This document shows positions 1 to 14,096 of a DNA stretch of 64,000 nt, one piece after another. The DNA comes from Adineta vaga (taxonomy: Eukaryota; Animalia; Rotifera), in the NCBI GenBank assembly GCA_021613535.1, contig CP075493.1, positions 5,704,001 to 5,768,000 of the forward strand, given 5' to 3'. The notes under the pieces are model-generated. The model had not been told where the DNA came from. It did no database searches and saw nothing but the letters and a program-made list of their open reading frames with translations. A program made the position numbers and the translations under genes. Each line of letters begins with the position of its first letter. The stretch's first letter is position 1.

Positions 1-82
1 TTGAAAATAAACAATTGAAATCATTATCGATCAAATATGTTCTTTCTATTTTCAGATAGACATTTTCGTTATTTTGTATCAC

Positions 83-445
83 ATGGCAACCTCATCATCA
101 TCATCAACAACAACAACATCAACGACAACTGAAACAAAACAATCTTCACGAGAAAATCCTCCGATTCTCGTGTTAGGATTAAATAATCCAACAGAAAATG
201 GTCCACGTGTACGTTGGACAGAAGAAACAATTGATAATGAACATATGAACAAAAAGAAGTCGAAATGTTGTTGTATATATACCAAACCACATGATCCACA
301 GTTGGATGATAATCAAACGGACGAAGAAAAAGAATTCGATAATTGTCAACATTGCCGATATCATACAGAGTCCGATTATGCTGCTAAAACCGAAGATAGA
401 CAAGCAAAGATCAAATTAGTTATTGGAAAATCAGATACTTCTTAA
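83..445 (+). CDS. PPP1R11: Protein phosphatase 1 inhibitor-3 (PPP1R11/Ypi1 family), single coding exon
   Basis: RVRW (RVxF/W PP1-docking motif) followed by EETIDNEHMNKKKSKCCCIY, the family signature. First ATG at 83. Confidence 0.93.
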   Translation: MATSSSSSTTTTSTTTETKQSSRENPPILVLGLNNPTENGPRVRWTEETIDNEHMNKKKSKCCCIYTKPHDPQLDDNQTDEEKEFDNCQHCRYHTESDYAAKTEDRQAKIKLVIGKSDTS

Positions 446-572
446 ATAAAAACTAAATGTTCCAATAATTTATTTCTTAACAAATTAAAATCTCATCGTG
501 TAATCTTCTTTTTATTCTATAATTTTTTTAGATTATCTCGTTATTTTTATCTTTGAAACTTAACCAACAACC

Positions 573-1034
573 ATGGGTCGTGTTCGTACAAAAACAATCA
601 AGAAAGCATCACGTCAAATTATCGAGAAATATTACACAAAATTAACACTCGATTTTCACACTAACAAACGTGTTGTCGAAGAAATCGCGATTATTCCAAC
701 GAAACGTCTTCGAAATCAAATCGCTGGTTTCATTACACATTTAATGAAACGTATTCAAGCTGGACCTGTTCGTGGTATTTCAATTAAACTTCAAGAAGAA
801 GAACGTGAACGACGGGATAACTATGTTCCTGAAGTTTCAGCACTTGAACCTCAAACAATGATCGCAATCGATCAAGATACAAAGGACATGTTAAATGCAT
901 TCGATTTCAAAAATTTAAATAACGTTAGTGTACAAGAAAGTAATGATCAACAAAATCAACAACAAGGTGGAAATCAACGTGGTGGTCATGAACGACAACA
1001 AGGTGGATATGCTCGACGAGCTGGTTTTCAATAA
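573..1034 (+). CDS. RPS17: 40S ribosomal protein S17 (eS17), intronless CDS with Q/G-rich C-terminal extension
   Basis: [21 protein letters not shown]...[25 protein letters not shown] matches the eS17 consensus. Confidence 0.98.
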   Translation: MGRVRTKTIKKASRQIIEKYYTKLTLDFHTNKRVVEEIAIIPTKRLRNQIAGFITHLMKRIQAGPVRGISIKLQEEERERRDNYVPEVSALEPQTMIAIDQDTKDMLNAFDFKNLNNVSVQESNDQQNQQQGGNQRGGHERQQGGYARRAGFQ

Positions 1035-1290
1035 AGACAACGTCGAAAATCAAGCGATTAGAAAAGCAAATGCCAAACGAGAAAATAAAATTCATCCCAT
1101 TCAATTAACAAATAATAACAATCTAGCAAAAAATGCATTTGCTTCATTGTTTTTGCTTTGTTTTTGTATGAAAATTATCATCAAATAAAATGGGATAAAT
1201 AAAAAAAAAACTAACAACAAAAATTTCTTCTAAATTTAATGCTCGATTTCTTTGAAAGATCATTGATTTAGTCTTTATTTTAGATTTAAA

Positions 1291-2660
1291 ATGTATTTAA
1301 CAACATTTGAATCGAAAATTCATTCTAATTCAATAGAAAAAAATCCATTTCGACTTGGATCAAGTCAAGTCGATTGGTGTGAACCAAATTATGTTGTTAA
1401 TGAATATATAGCCGAATTTTGGAATACAGTAAGTAAACAAATCGAAATTATTCTTAATATCGGAAAACTAATCTTACGCTTTACTAATAATCACTCGAAC
1501 AATAATTAAAAGTATATTTATATTGCAGGCTAACATACTAAATCATTCATTTATAAGGTAACATTCTGACTTGTTTTCCGTTTTTATTTTTGGAATTTGC
1601 TCTATTTTTACCCATATGAATGCATGCTCATTTGTTACTCCTGCTTGCTATTTTAATAATGGAATAGTGTGGTTTATTTGACTAGAAGTTGTTTTTCTTC
1701 TCCTCATTTCAAATAAAATATGAAATGTCTATATGAAAATTGCCCTTTCTTTGTTAAGATATCCAATGTGTTCTTCTTCTTGGTACCACCAATAATGATT
1801 TATCTCTTTCAACCATATTCGAAACGAGTAGCCAATGGAATTATGATATTATGGATTATATTAATTATTATTGGTATTGGTTCAGTTTACTTTCATGCTA
1901 CACTAAGTCTCGTATGTTTTATAACGATGCTGATTGTAAATAAAAAGTTTCATTCACTGATTTGTTAAGGTTGGACAATTAGTTGATGAAATATCCATTC
2001 TTTGGGTACTTACAACTGGTTATGCACTCTTTTTACCAAGCATTTATTTACCACAATCATTTCGTGTTCAACGGTATGTTCTTTAAATGATCTATTTTCA
2101 ATTTTTCAATCAAATCTGATTTGATTTAGACATAGATTTGTTTATACATGTATTCTTTTTGCTATTGTAATTACGTGTTTATCATTTGTATATCCATACG
2201 CTAATGCATTTGCACTGATGATACTTGGTTTACCTGCAATTGGTTTCATTATAATACATTTAAAACGGTACGAAATTCATATGATAAGATTTCTCTTTCG
2301 ATTGAACTCTTTTTGTTTAGTTCTGACAATTCTCGTATAAAAAGTCTCGGCCTTCATTGTTTTGGTATGTGGCTCATGGCAGTTACAATCTGGATTTGTG
2401 ATCGAATGTTTTGTTCATTTTGGCTTGCAATATCATTTCCTTATTTACATGCTATTTGGCATGTTTTAATTTTTTTTAGTAGTAACGAAGCTATCGTTGT
2501 TTGCGGTTATTTAACAATTAAACATCAAAATCCGCAAGCTAATCTTCATTTACATTATTGGCCTAATGAACAATGGAGTTGGTTTAGATTACCTTATTTG
2601 AAATTTCATGATGATAGTGATGTTAACAATGATAATTTATCGACAAAATCAATTGTTTAA
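1291..2660 (+). CDS. Alkaline ceramidase (ACER1/2-like), 5 exons (~1291-1428, 1759-1911, 1970-2072, 2131-2267, 2321-2660)
   Basis: SSQVDWCEPNY..EFWNT/ISN, GSVYFHATLS, GQLVDEISILW, WICDR, YLHAIWH: CREST/ceramidase His motifs; GT-AG introns join in frame. Confidence 0.93.
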
Positions 2661-3121
2661 TGTATTATTTTTTTCTTCTTCTAGGCATCTATCTGTATTA
2701 TAGCGTTTAACAAGTATCACTGTGATGGAAATCTGTATTAAAAAGAATTTTCTTATTGTTTTGTTTTTTTCGTAGTTCAGTATTTCTAACATATACGCAA
2801 TTTTATTCTTCCATTAATTTTAGTTTCTTTTCTACTTGTAAACAGTTGTTCATTAGTGAATTGTAGTTGTGTGAATATTTCGTATGTTTGATAATAATAA
2901 TAAATAAAAGATAAAGAAAATCATGTTGTTCTGATATAAAATGACATGAAAATTGCGATAATAACTCAACAGACTGCAGAGTGGTGAGTCAGAATAAGCT
3001 CGAAGAATATTTTTGAAAGATTATGGAGAAAGAATTTATATTGTTTCGTTAAAATGCAATAGAAAATCAAATGATATGTCACATATATATTCACATGATA
3101 ACAAAAAAAAGGCAATCTAAA

Positions 3122-3886
3122 TTATACAGCTATTATCACCCCAACATCCCGAACTAGATTCTTTCCAATTACTTTTCCTTTATCATAGCCACCATAAACA
3201 GGAATTATTTCTTTTTTGCTTTTATGCGATAGTTCTATTCGATTTGTATGTGCTACCAACATTTGTGTAAAACCAAAGAAACACTTTTCAACATTTTCGT
3301 TTGTTTTAGAACTTGTTTCCAAAAATGATAAGTTATGTTTTTCTGAGAAATTTTTAATCATATCTTGTGAAACCATACGTCGTGATATTAAATCAGATTT
3401 TGTACCAATAAGAAAAACAGGTGTTTGATCTGGACAATAGCGTTTGACTTCTTCGAGCCAATTATTTACATTACGAAAACTTTCTAAATCTGTTAAATCA
3501 AAACAGAGTACAACACCATTGGCATTACGATAGAAAGATGAAACAACACATTTAAAACGATCTTGACCAGCTGTATCCCAGACTTGTAATTTACATCGTT
3601 TTGAATCAACATCAATGGTTCGAATTTGAAAATCTACAAGGAGATACAATTAGAAATGTTATTTAAACATAAAGATTGGATACATACCAACACCAATTGT
3701 AGCTACATATTCTGTCGAAAAATAGTCCTGAGAAAAGCGCTGTAAAATTGTAGTTTTTCTAAAAGAATCTATAAATTTTTGAAAGAATATGCTTACAAAA
3801 AGTACATACCCAACTCCACTATCACCGATAATTAAGATTTTAAATAAATAATCGAATTCAACATCTGTTGTATAGTTATATGTCAT
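3122..3886 (-). CDS. Rab1-like small GTPase (divergent), 3 exons; C-terminus possibly frameshifted
   Basis: FDYLFKILIIGDSGVG/KT, TIGV/DF, KLQVWDTAGQDRF, TKSD, ETSSK. Confidence 0.9.
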
Positions 3887-3936
3887 GATTGTAGAAGAGA
3901 AGAATATGTTTTTTTTCTGGTTAGTATTACATTTGG

Positions 3937-4021
3937 TTTTATAGGTTCAGTATAAAAGCCACGTTGATTAAATTGTCGACGTGGACAAGTAGGTATAGAT
4001 GTGACTCAACATGTTGAGTCA
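3937..4021 (-). promoter_or_regulatory. Putative Rab promoter: TATAAAA box plus perfect 20-bp palindrome made of two inverted AP-1 sites
   Basis: TGACTCAACATGTTGAGTCA at 4002-4021; minus-strand TATAAAA at ~3937-3943, about 50 nt upstream of the Rab ATG. Confidence 0.45.
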
Positions 4022-4102
4022 TTCATACGTTCTTTCGCAATTCTGTCATGAGAATTAAAATAGTGCTTAATAAGATATCGAGTCATACTTATGACTTTCC
4101 TG

Positions 4103-4720
4103 GCGGTGACATTATTTCGTATTCATATTCACTTTCTATACCGAACTATTTCAACAACTGATTGGTACATCGATTTGCAGATGACCTAGCTTTAGTTCTT
4201 AGTGGTACAATAGAAAATAAATTCTCGTTTAATATAATACAGTTAGAAAAAAGATGCTGAGAAAGTTATGAAACAACTCGAGCTATTTTCGAACAACATG
4301 ATACTACCGGTTAATATTTCTATAAGTATTTAGGAGTAAACATATCAGTAAAACTAGGATGGGAGATATATATATATAAATGGCAGGCTTAAAAGTATAA
4401 GTAAAATACATAATGGAATGAGAATAATATTTAAAAGTATTAAAAAGTGCGACATTAAAATAAGAAAAAAATATAACTAGCACATGCACTTCCCCATTAT
4501 TTATGATTATTTAGTACTTGATTTCTCTTCTAAGAGAGACAACAAACAGAGATAGCCCACAAATATTGTACTAGGCTACGTATAATACACAATATTCACG
4601 GTTGGGATGATTGTACCATATTGGTTATCAGTAAAGAGAAATCTTTATATGACTACCTTTTTTCTTACTGACGTAAACTATCTGTTCATTCGCTATTAGC
4701 AGATGAAGCTCGTTCCTTTC
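4103..4720 (+). mobile_element. Degenerate non-LTR retrotransposon remnant (RT core to thumb region)
   Basis: Manual translation across frameshifts and stops gives AVTLFRIHIHFL...VHRFADDLALVL (FADD at 4174-4185)...MKQLELFSNNMILPVN...YLGVNISVKLGW...: RT motifs in the correct order with multiple lesions. Confidence 0.75.
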
Positions 4721-5173
4721 AGCTAACATATTAAGAAAGAAAGAAATATATTTATCTATAAGTACTTCTTGACCATATGAGAATATCGTGTCTTCTATTT
4801 CTCTTATTTTATATAATAGGCGTTATTTTTTCTCAATGTGCAATATGCGTGAAAACGTTGTAAACATAGTTTGTATGTCTGTTCGTAAATATTATTGTAT
4901 CCTTTTAAATTTGTGAACCAAAAATATGGTACAATAAACTGAATATTAAAAAAAAAGTCATTTTTATCACTTAAAATCTTCCTACGTATGATCTAATCGA
5001 TTTCATGGTACATCGATAATATTGTCAGTTTCTTTTCTATCAATCGATGTGTGTATTCATTTATAAAAGATAGTTTTTTTTTTATATTCTAATTTTTAAA
5101 AAAACATCCGTTTTATTGTATGAACAAAAGGAAAAAGATTTGACATATACATGAAAAACTCGTCTTATTTACA

Positions 5174-5745
5174 TTATGTATAATAAAATGTTTTTTTCAC
5201 ATTGATTCCATATTCATCAAGAACATGTGTTAAATCATTGAGTGTTAAGGTTTGATTCGTTGATGAAATTGGTTTTTTGCTATTCACGGCATTGGCCAAT
5301 TGTTCAGTCGTTGATACAGTTGCTTCTGCAGTCGAAGACTGAGCATTAGCAGAAGCTATTGGAGTGGTCGTTGCTGGAGCTGGTGCTGGTGCTGCCGTCG
5401 TCGTTGCTGCTGCTGCTGCTGGTCGATTACTTGATTTTTCACGTAATTTATGTAATTGATGACAATCATTAATAATGTCTAGAAAATGCAATTATTTCTT
5501 CTCTTTTTTTTTATCTCTGTCATTCTTTTACCTGACATAAATTTTTGTACAGAAACTGAAAGTAATTTAACTAAACGATCATCCTCTGTTTGTAATCCAC
5601 ATTGTCTCATATAAAATTTTGTCACTGTTTCTGGTATAACTGGTGTAAATTCATCTAGTGTTGATGTAAATTTATTTAATTCATCATCATCAATTACGGA
5701 TTCATCATTATTTATCGATAAGGAATTTCCAATACTTTCAGTCAT
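5174..5745 (-). CDS. TAF10: TFIID subunit TAF10, 2 exons
   Basis: DEFTPVIPETVTKFYMRQCGLQTEDDRLVKLLSVSVQKFMS/DIINDC...TLTLNDLTHVLDEYGINVKKTFYYT: TAF10 histone-fold and C-terminal signature. Confidence 0.95.
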
Positions 5746-5892
5746 TTAATCTGAAATACAGAATTCATTCTTTTTTTTTCATAGGAAATATGTTATCCAA
5801 AAGATAGGAGAGAAAAAGAGGAAGGACAAGACAAAAGTTTCATATGGTTGTTTATCATTATGTTAAATGTGGAAATGGATTCTTGACTTTTT

Positions 5893-6786
5893 TTAAAGTA
5901 CAAGACATCGATCAGCAAGAAAATAGAGATGATACCATTGAACACCATGATAAAGAAGACCTGAAACCATGGATACTGAATGAAATAAATTGAATTTATT
6001 GTTAATAGCACGATATTTCGGATCATTACGAGCTAATCGTTCAATATCATCACCGGTCTAGAAATGATAAAATTCAAGAATATTTATTGATAAACAAATA
6101 AATCTTACTTTAGCTGCTTGTAAAAATTCAATATTATTTCGGTCGAACATTAAATTTGTTACTAATGGATTAAGAAGAAGACTATTCGCTTCAGCTGCTA
6201 CCAATGCAGCAATCAATGCAATACCCTATTCGAGAAAAAAATGTAGATTATTCAAAGAAATTGTTTGCTTTTAAATCTTATATACCAATTTGTTTGCTTC
6301 TTTTGACCAGGTTGAAAATGGATGACGAAGTAAAAATGTTCCTAAACTTAAACTAGCAAATATAGTTGACGAAGAGAAATACACTGTTGATAAATGTGAT
6401 TGAACTGTAGCGAATTCCTGACGTGTTAACATACGTTGAACAGCACGACCTAGTCAAGAAAAATTCTCTTCTAATGAAAAAAGAAAATAATGACCTTACC
6501 GTGAACGGCAGTTATCCAAAAACTAATACCAAATCCACCGGCCACACCGAGTAAATGTAAAAATGACACATTAGGTGATGAAGGTATTGGTTTGTTTTGA
6601 GAAAAAGCGTAACCAACATAACCTAATGCACCGAGTGATGCAAGAAATGATGGAGCTAAGTACCTAAATAGAGAAGAAAACAATCGAATAAATAACGTTT
6701 TCATTAATGACTAACCAAGCTTGTGGCCATGTTTTCTTATAAACATCATGAATTGTATCTTCAATTTTGCTCACTTGTGCACCCAT
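5893..6786 (-). CDS. TMEM205/DUF4149-like membrane protein, 5 exons
   Basis: FLHLLGVAGGFGISFWITAVHG/RAVQRMLTRQEFATVQSHLSTVYF...NSLLLNPLVTNLMFDR...KFNLFHSVS resembles TMEM205; exons join in frame. Confidence 0.75.
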
Positions 6787-7099
6787 TGTTGAAAATAAAG
6801 TTTTGATTAAAAGGACGAAGTTATACTTCTTAAATAGAAATAAAAAAAGATGATGAAATCAACATTCATGAACTAAAATTATTCATGTAGTCCAAAGGTA
6901 CGTTAATTTAGCGACACCTTTGTTCTACTACAATTAAAGATAAAAATTTACTACGAAACTATTTCCTACTCTAGTCTAGTAGAATACTACGGGTGATAAA
7001 ATGAATCCTCCTTTATACATCAAATCCATAGTTTACATATATATCCATGAAATAGAACAGCATCTGATTGGTCGAGATTAAAACCAATTAAAGTGATTT

Positions 7100-7153
7100 C
7101 GATTAGATAGGATAGGATTATTGAATAATAATAATATCAGATCAGATCAGATC
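7100..7153. repeat. Compound microsatellite (GATAG)n-(AAT)n-(ATCAG)n
   Basis: gattagataggataggattattgaataataataatatcagatcagatcagatcc. Confidence 0.6.
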
Positions 7154-7196
7154 CAATGCTTGATCGAGAACAAAAAACGAGCTTTAATCAAACAAG

Positions 7197-8280
7197 ATGT
7201 CTGCATCACAATGAAAAATAGGTTTTCTCGGTCTTCGAACAATGGGTAGTGCAATTGCAAAAAATATTCTTAACAAACGTTTTCAACTTGCTATCTGTCA
7301 ACCATAATAATGATGAGCTAATCTATATATGGAAAAGATGAAAATTTCAATGTTCAGGAATCGATTGGAAAAGGTGTACGTGTAGCAGCAATTCCTCGAG
7401 AAACTGTTAATGATGCAGATATCATTATTAGCTGTCTATACGATGATAAATCATGCTTCAAGACTGCTCACGGTATGTTTGTTGATTGAATCGTGAAAAA
7501 TCGAATAATATTAATTTGATCTATTCGGGTTTTTTTCATTAGGTGAGAATGGTTATCTAGCTGGTATGAAGAAAGATGCTATACATATAAATACAACAAC
7601 TATTACTCCAAAAGCAGCAATGGAACTTCAAAAATTACATGAACAATATAACGCTCATTATATTGCTGCACTTGTATATATTCTCTTGTTTTTTTTGTCT
7701 CAATAATACGAAATAAGAAGGTCTTCTTCTACTTAATTTAGATTATCGGTCGTCGAGAAGTTGCTCGTGCAGGTAAACTGAGTAGTTTTTTAGGCGAAAA
7801 TCGTCAAGCAATTGACCGTGTTCGACCTATAATTGATTTTTATTCGGGTGGGTCGATTGCCATCGTTGGCGACGAGCCTTCCCAAGCAAATGTCATTAAA
7901 TTAACAGGAAGTATGATAATTCTAACGAATATTTCACTCTTTAGTCAAATATATGTATTAAATGAACGACGAAATATCAATCATGACATCACGAGTCAGA
8001 TAATAAAAATGTTCTATTCTCATGCAGGTATACTATCCTATGAAGAACGTATACGAAATCGAAATTATGAAGCACCAATTGAAGGAGTATATGGGGTAAA
8101 CGGAGGATTGAAAGATATCAATGCAATATTAAATACTGGCCATGAAACAGATGTTCAATTATCATTTTGTCAAATAGTGAAAGAACAATATCTTTCAATA
8201 ATCAATCATGATCTAAAAGATAAAGATTGATCTGCTTTAGTTGATGCTCCAAGAATACATGCTGAGAAATTTTCATCTTT
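7197..8280 (+). pseudogene. Disrupted NAD(P)-dependent beta-hydroxyacid dehydrogenase (3-hydroxyisobutyrate/6PGD NAD-binding family) with spliceosomal introns
   Basis: KIGFLGLRTMGSAIAKN, DADIIISCL, IIGRREVARAGKL, ANVIKLTG, GLKDI, KDKD*SAL. Lesions: TGA or frameshift at 7212, G>R in the Rossmann GxGxxG, missing WNR..K segment, TGA at 8228 in place of the Trp of DWSAL. Confidence 0.8.
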
Positions 8281-9104
8281 CAAAAAAAAAACGTAATCAG
8301 TTTTGATGAGAAAATAGTTAAATATACAAGTTGCAATCTCGTACGTTAATTCATCGATTATTTTTATATTCGACTTTTATCTATTTCAATAATAAGAGTA
8401 TTAACAAATATTATATCATTTTTTTCGGAACATTTGAAAGAATATCGAATGAAAACTGAGAGTAATCAACAATCTTCCAAACAAATCTTGAGAAACATGA
8501 TATCGTTTATTTTTCTTCCGTTATCAAATTTAAAGTACATTTGCCATTTACATTTATTATCAACGATAAAATTTAAATCTGATTTCTTTCGAAACATACA
8601 CAACACTATATTCATTTTTCTTATTTCTAAATTAGTTGAAATCAATTTCTGAGAAAATATGTACCACATTCTTTGTCTCTTTTGCGTTTGATTTTCTTTC
8701 TCTTATCTACGAATCGATTGTATTCTCTTTTCTTGTTAGTATAGATGGTCGATGTATGTCGTCATCCAGGGATCAGCGTTTTATCAATAACATACATATC
8801 CACACGTTAGAATATCTGATTCTATGTTTATTCTTTCTTTTCTTCATAGGGATGATAAAAAGGTCACTCTAGAGTAAGATGAAAGTCATATTCAGTTTAG
8901 AATTATAATTAAGAATAGAATTTTAGTGTTGATTTTGGAACTATAGATTATAGTGAGTGTAGAATATAAACTTTTGTTTGTTTTTTCGTTCTATTTTGAT
9001 TGTGAACTTCGAATTGAACTATTATTTATTATGTACAATTTTATTAATCATTCCATATTTTCATAAATAATAGAACGATATTCACTTTCTATTTGTTTTA
9101 GAAT

Positions 9105-12500
<3,396 letters not shown>

Positions 12501-13125
12501 TTGTCTGAGGCAACCTATATTGATGTTAACACATCTATATAAAATGTTCAAGAAAATAAAATAAAACTTTCTTGTCTTCCGATGAAAATCTATTTGTTCG
12601 ATGTTGATTGATTTAATTGATATAGATCTATATCCTTTGATTTTTATCAAAATTCCGTGTATGATTTTAAATTCTTTGAGTTGTTTAATATTGAGTATGT
12701 CTCCTCTTACGAGGAATACTTAAAAAAAGAAAAAGAGAAAAGAAAGAAAAACATTTTCAGAAAAAAAGCAATGACCTTCTTTTCGGCTTTCTTTTTCATA
12801 TGAGTGAAATACTTGAGTTTCATTGCTAAGAAAGATTGAGTTTTTTATTTGAAGCATTGGCAAATACATGATACTTTTCTTTCTCTCTCTCTCTCTTTTT
12901 AAATATTTCGACTTTGTTTGATACAATCTATAGCCATTTGCTTGATGAAAGACGATCTTTCGATTAATTTTATATAATCATCAATAATTATTGTTAGTTT
13001 TATTATTCTTATTTGTTTTGAAATTGGAAGATAGAATACACACTCGTACAGACACACCTTGATTCTTTACGGTTCACACGAAAAAAAAGGAGGAAAAAAG
13101 TGTCAACTATATATCGTTCATTCGT

Positions 13126-13653
13126 TTATTTGCTGATACGTGTTTTTGGAACATTACGATGATCAAGTTCTTTTTCTATTTGCATAGAAGCACATGCACC
13201 AACGCAGCATGATGTGACTAAGCAATCTTTTATTAAAGTTCCCTAAAGAAACAAGACAATGATAATTTAAGTCTGATAATTTAAGAAAATAATTACTTCA
13301 ATTTTATAAGCTGTTCGGACTTTTGTTCGAATTGCCAGCAATGTACCTGGAACAATACAACATGCCAATTTATGTTCACCAACTCGATCTGATAATTGAG
13401 AAAGGTAGCATGGGCCACATAAGCAAGCATAAGCCGCTAAAAAGAGTTAACATGATTAAAAAGTATTCGACTTTATTATAACTACATACATCGTGGACAT
13501 GGTTTAAATGAACCAAAAAGTGTTTCATGCCATTGGCCGCTGTATGGATAGAGTTCACCTGCGCTACCACCTGGTTGTTTTGATACTGGATTGCTATATA
13601 TTTATAGATAATAAATAGACAAAAACCATAATAAGTAGATCACTATACCTCAT
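13126..13653 (-). CDS. PLAC8/cornifelin-family Cys-rich protein (copy A), 4 exons
   Basis: MS/NPVSKQPG...QWHETLFGSF..C/GLCLLMWPCYLSQLSDRVGEH...AIRTKVRTAYKIE/GTLIKDCLVTSCCVGACASMQIEKELD. Confidence 0.85.
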
Positions 13654-14096
13654 GTTTATTGATGTTGATGAATCGAACGACTTTACAAATGTATGATGAG
13701 ATGTGTGTGCGTTAGCCTTTTATAAACTGAAGTTAAAGACGCTGCACGCTTTGTCTACAAACAATGTTGTTAAGGTGGAGGCGTACACAAATCGTTTGGT
13801 TACTTCTCTTAAACAAACCGATTGAAAAGAAAAAAAAGAGAGTAAGAGAGAGAGAGAGAGATGAAGAAAACTGTTGTAAGTAAAATTGCTTTATTTCATC
13901 AACGTCATACTGTTTTCTTCTTTGATTCGGTGTTCACATAAAAAAATTTCGCTGCTATGACAATTATTGATTAGAAATACAGAAAAAGTCACAGAACGAT
14001 AAAATAAAGACGAAGAAATATAATAACTACATTGACAACCAAACTGTGTGAAAGTTATACTTAGAAACATGATTAAAAAAGAAAGAAGAAGTTCAT

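Noticed and set aside
69-403. Three minus-strand ORFs (69-299, 79-285, 179-403)
   Set aside because: Antisense shadows of PPP1R11; no motifs.
5793-6026. 77-aa hydrophobic minus-strand ORF
   Set aside because: Wrong frame over the last TMEM205-like exon.
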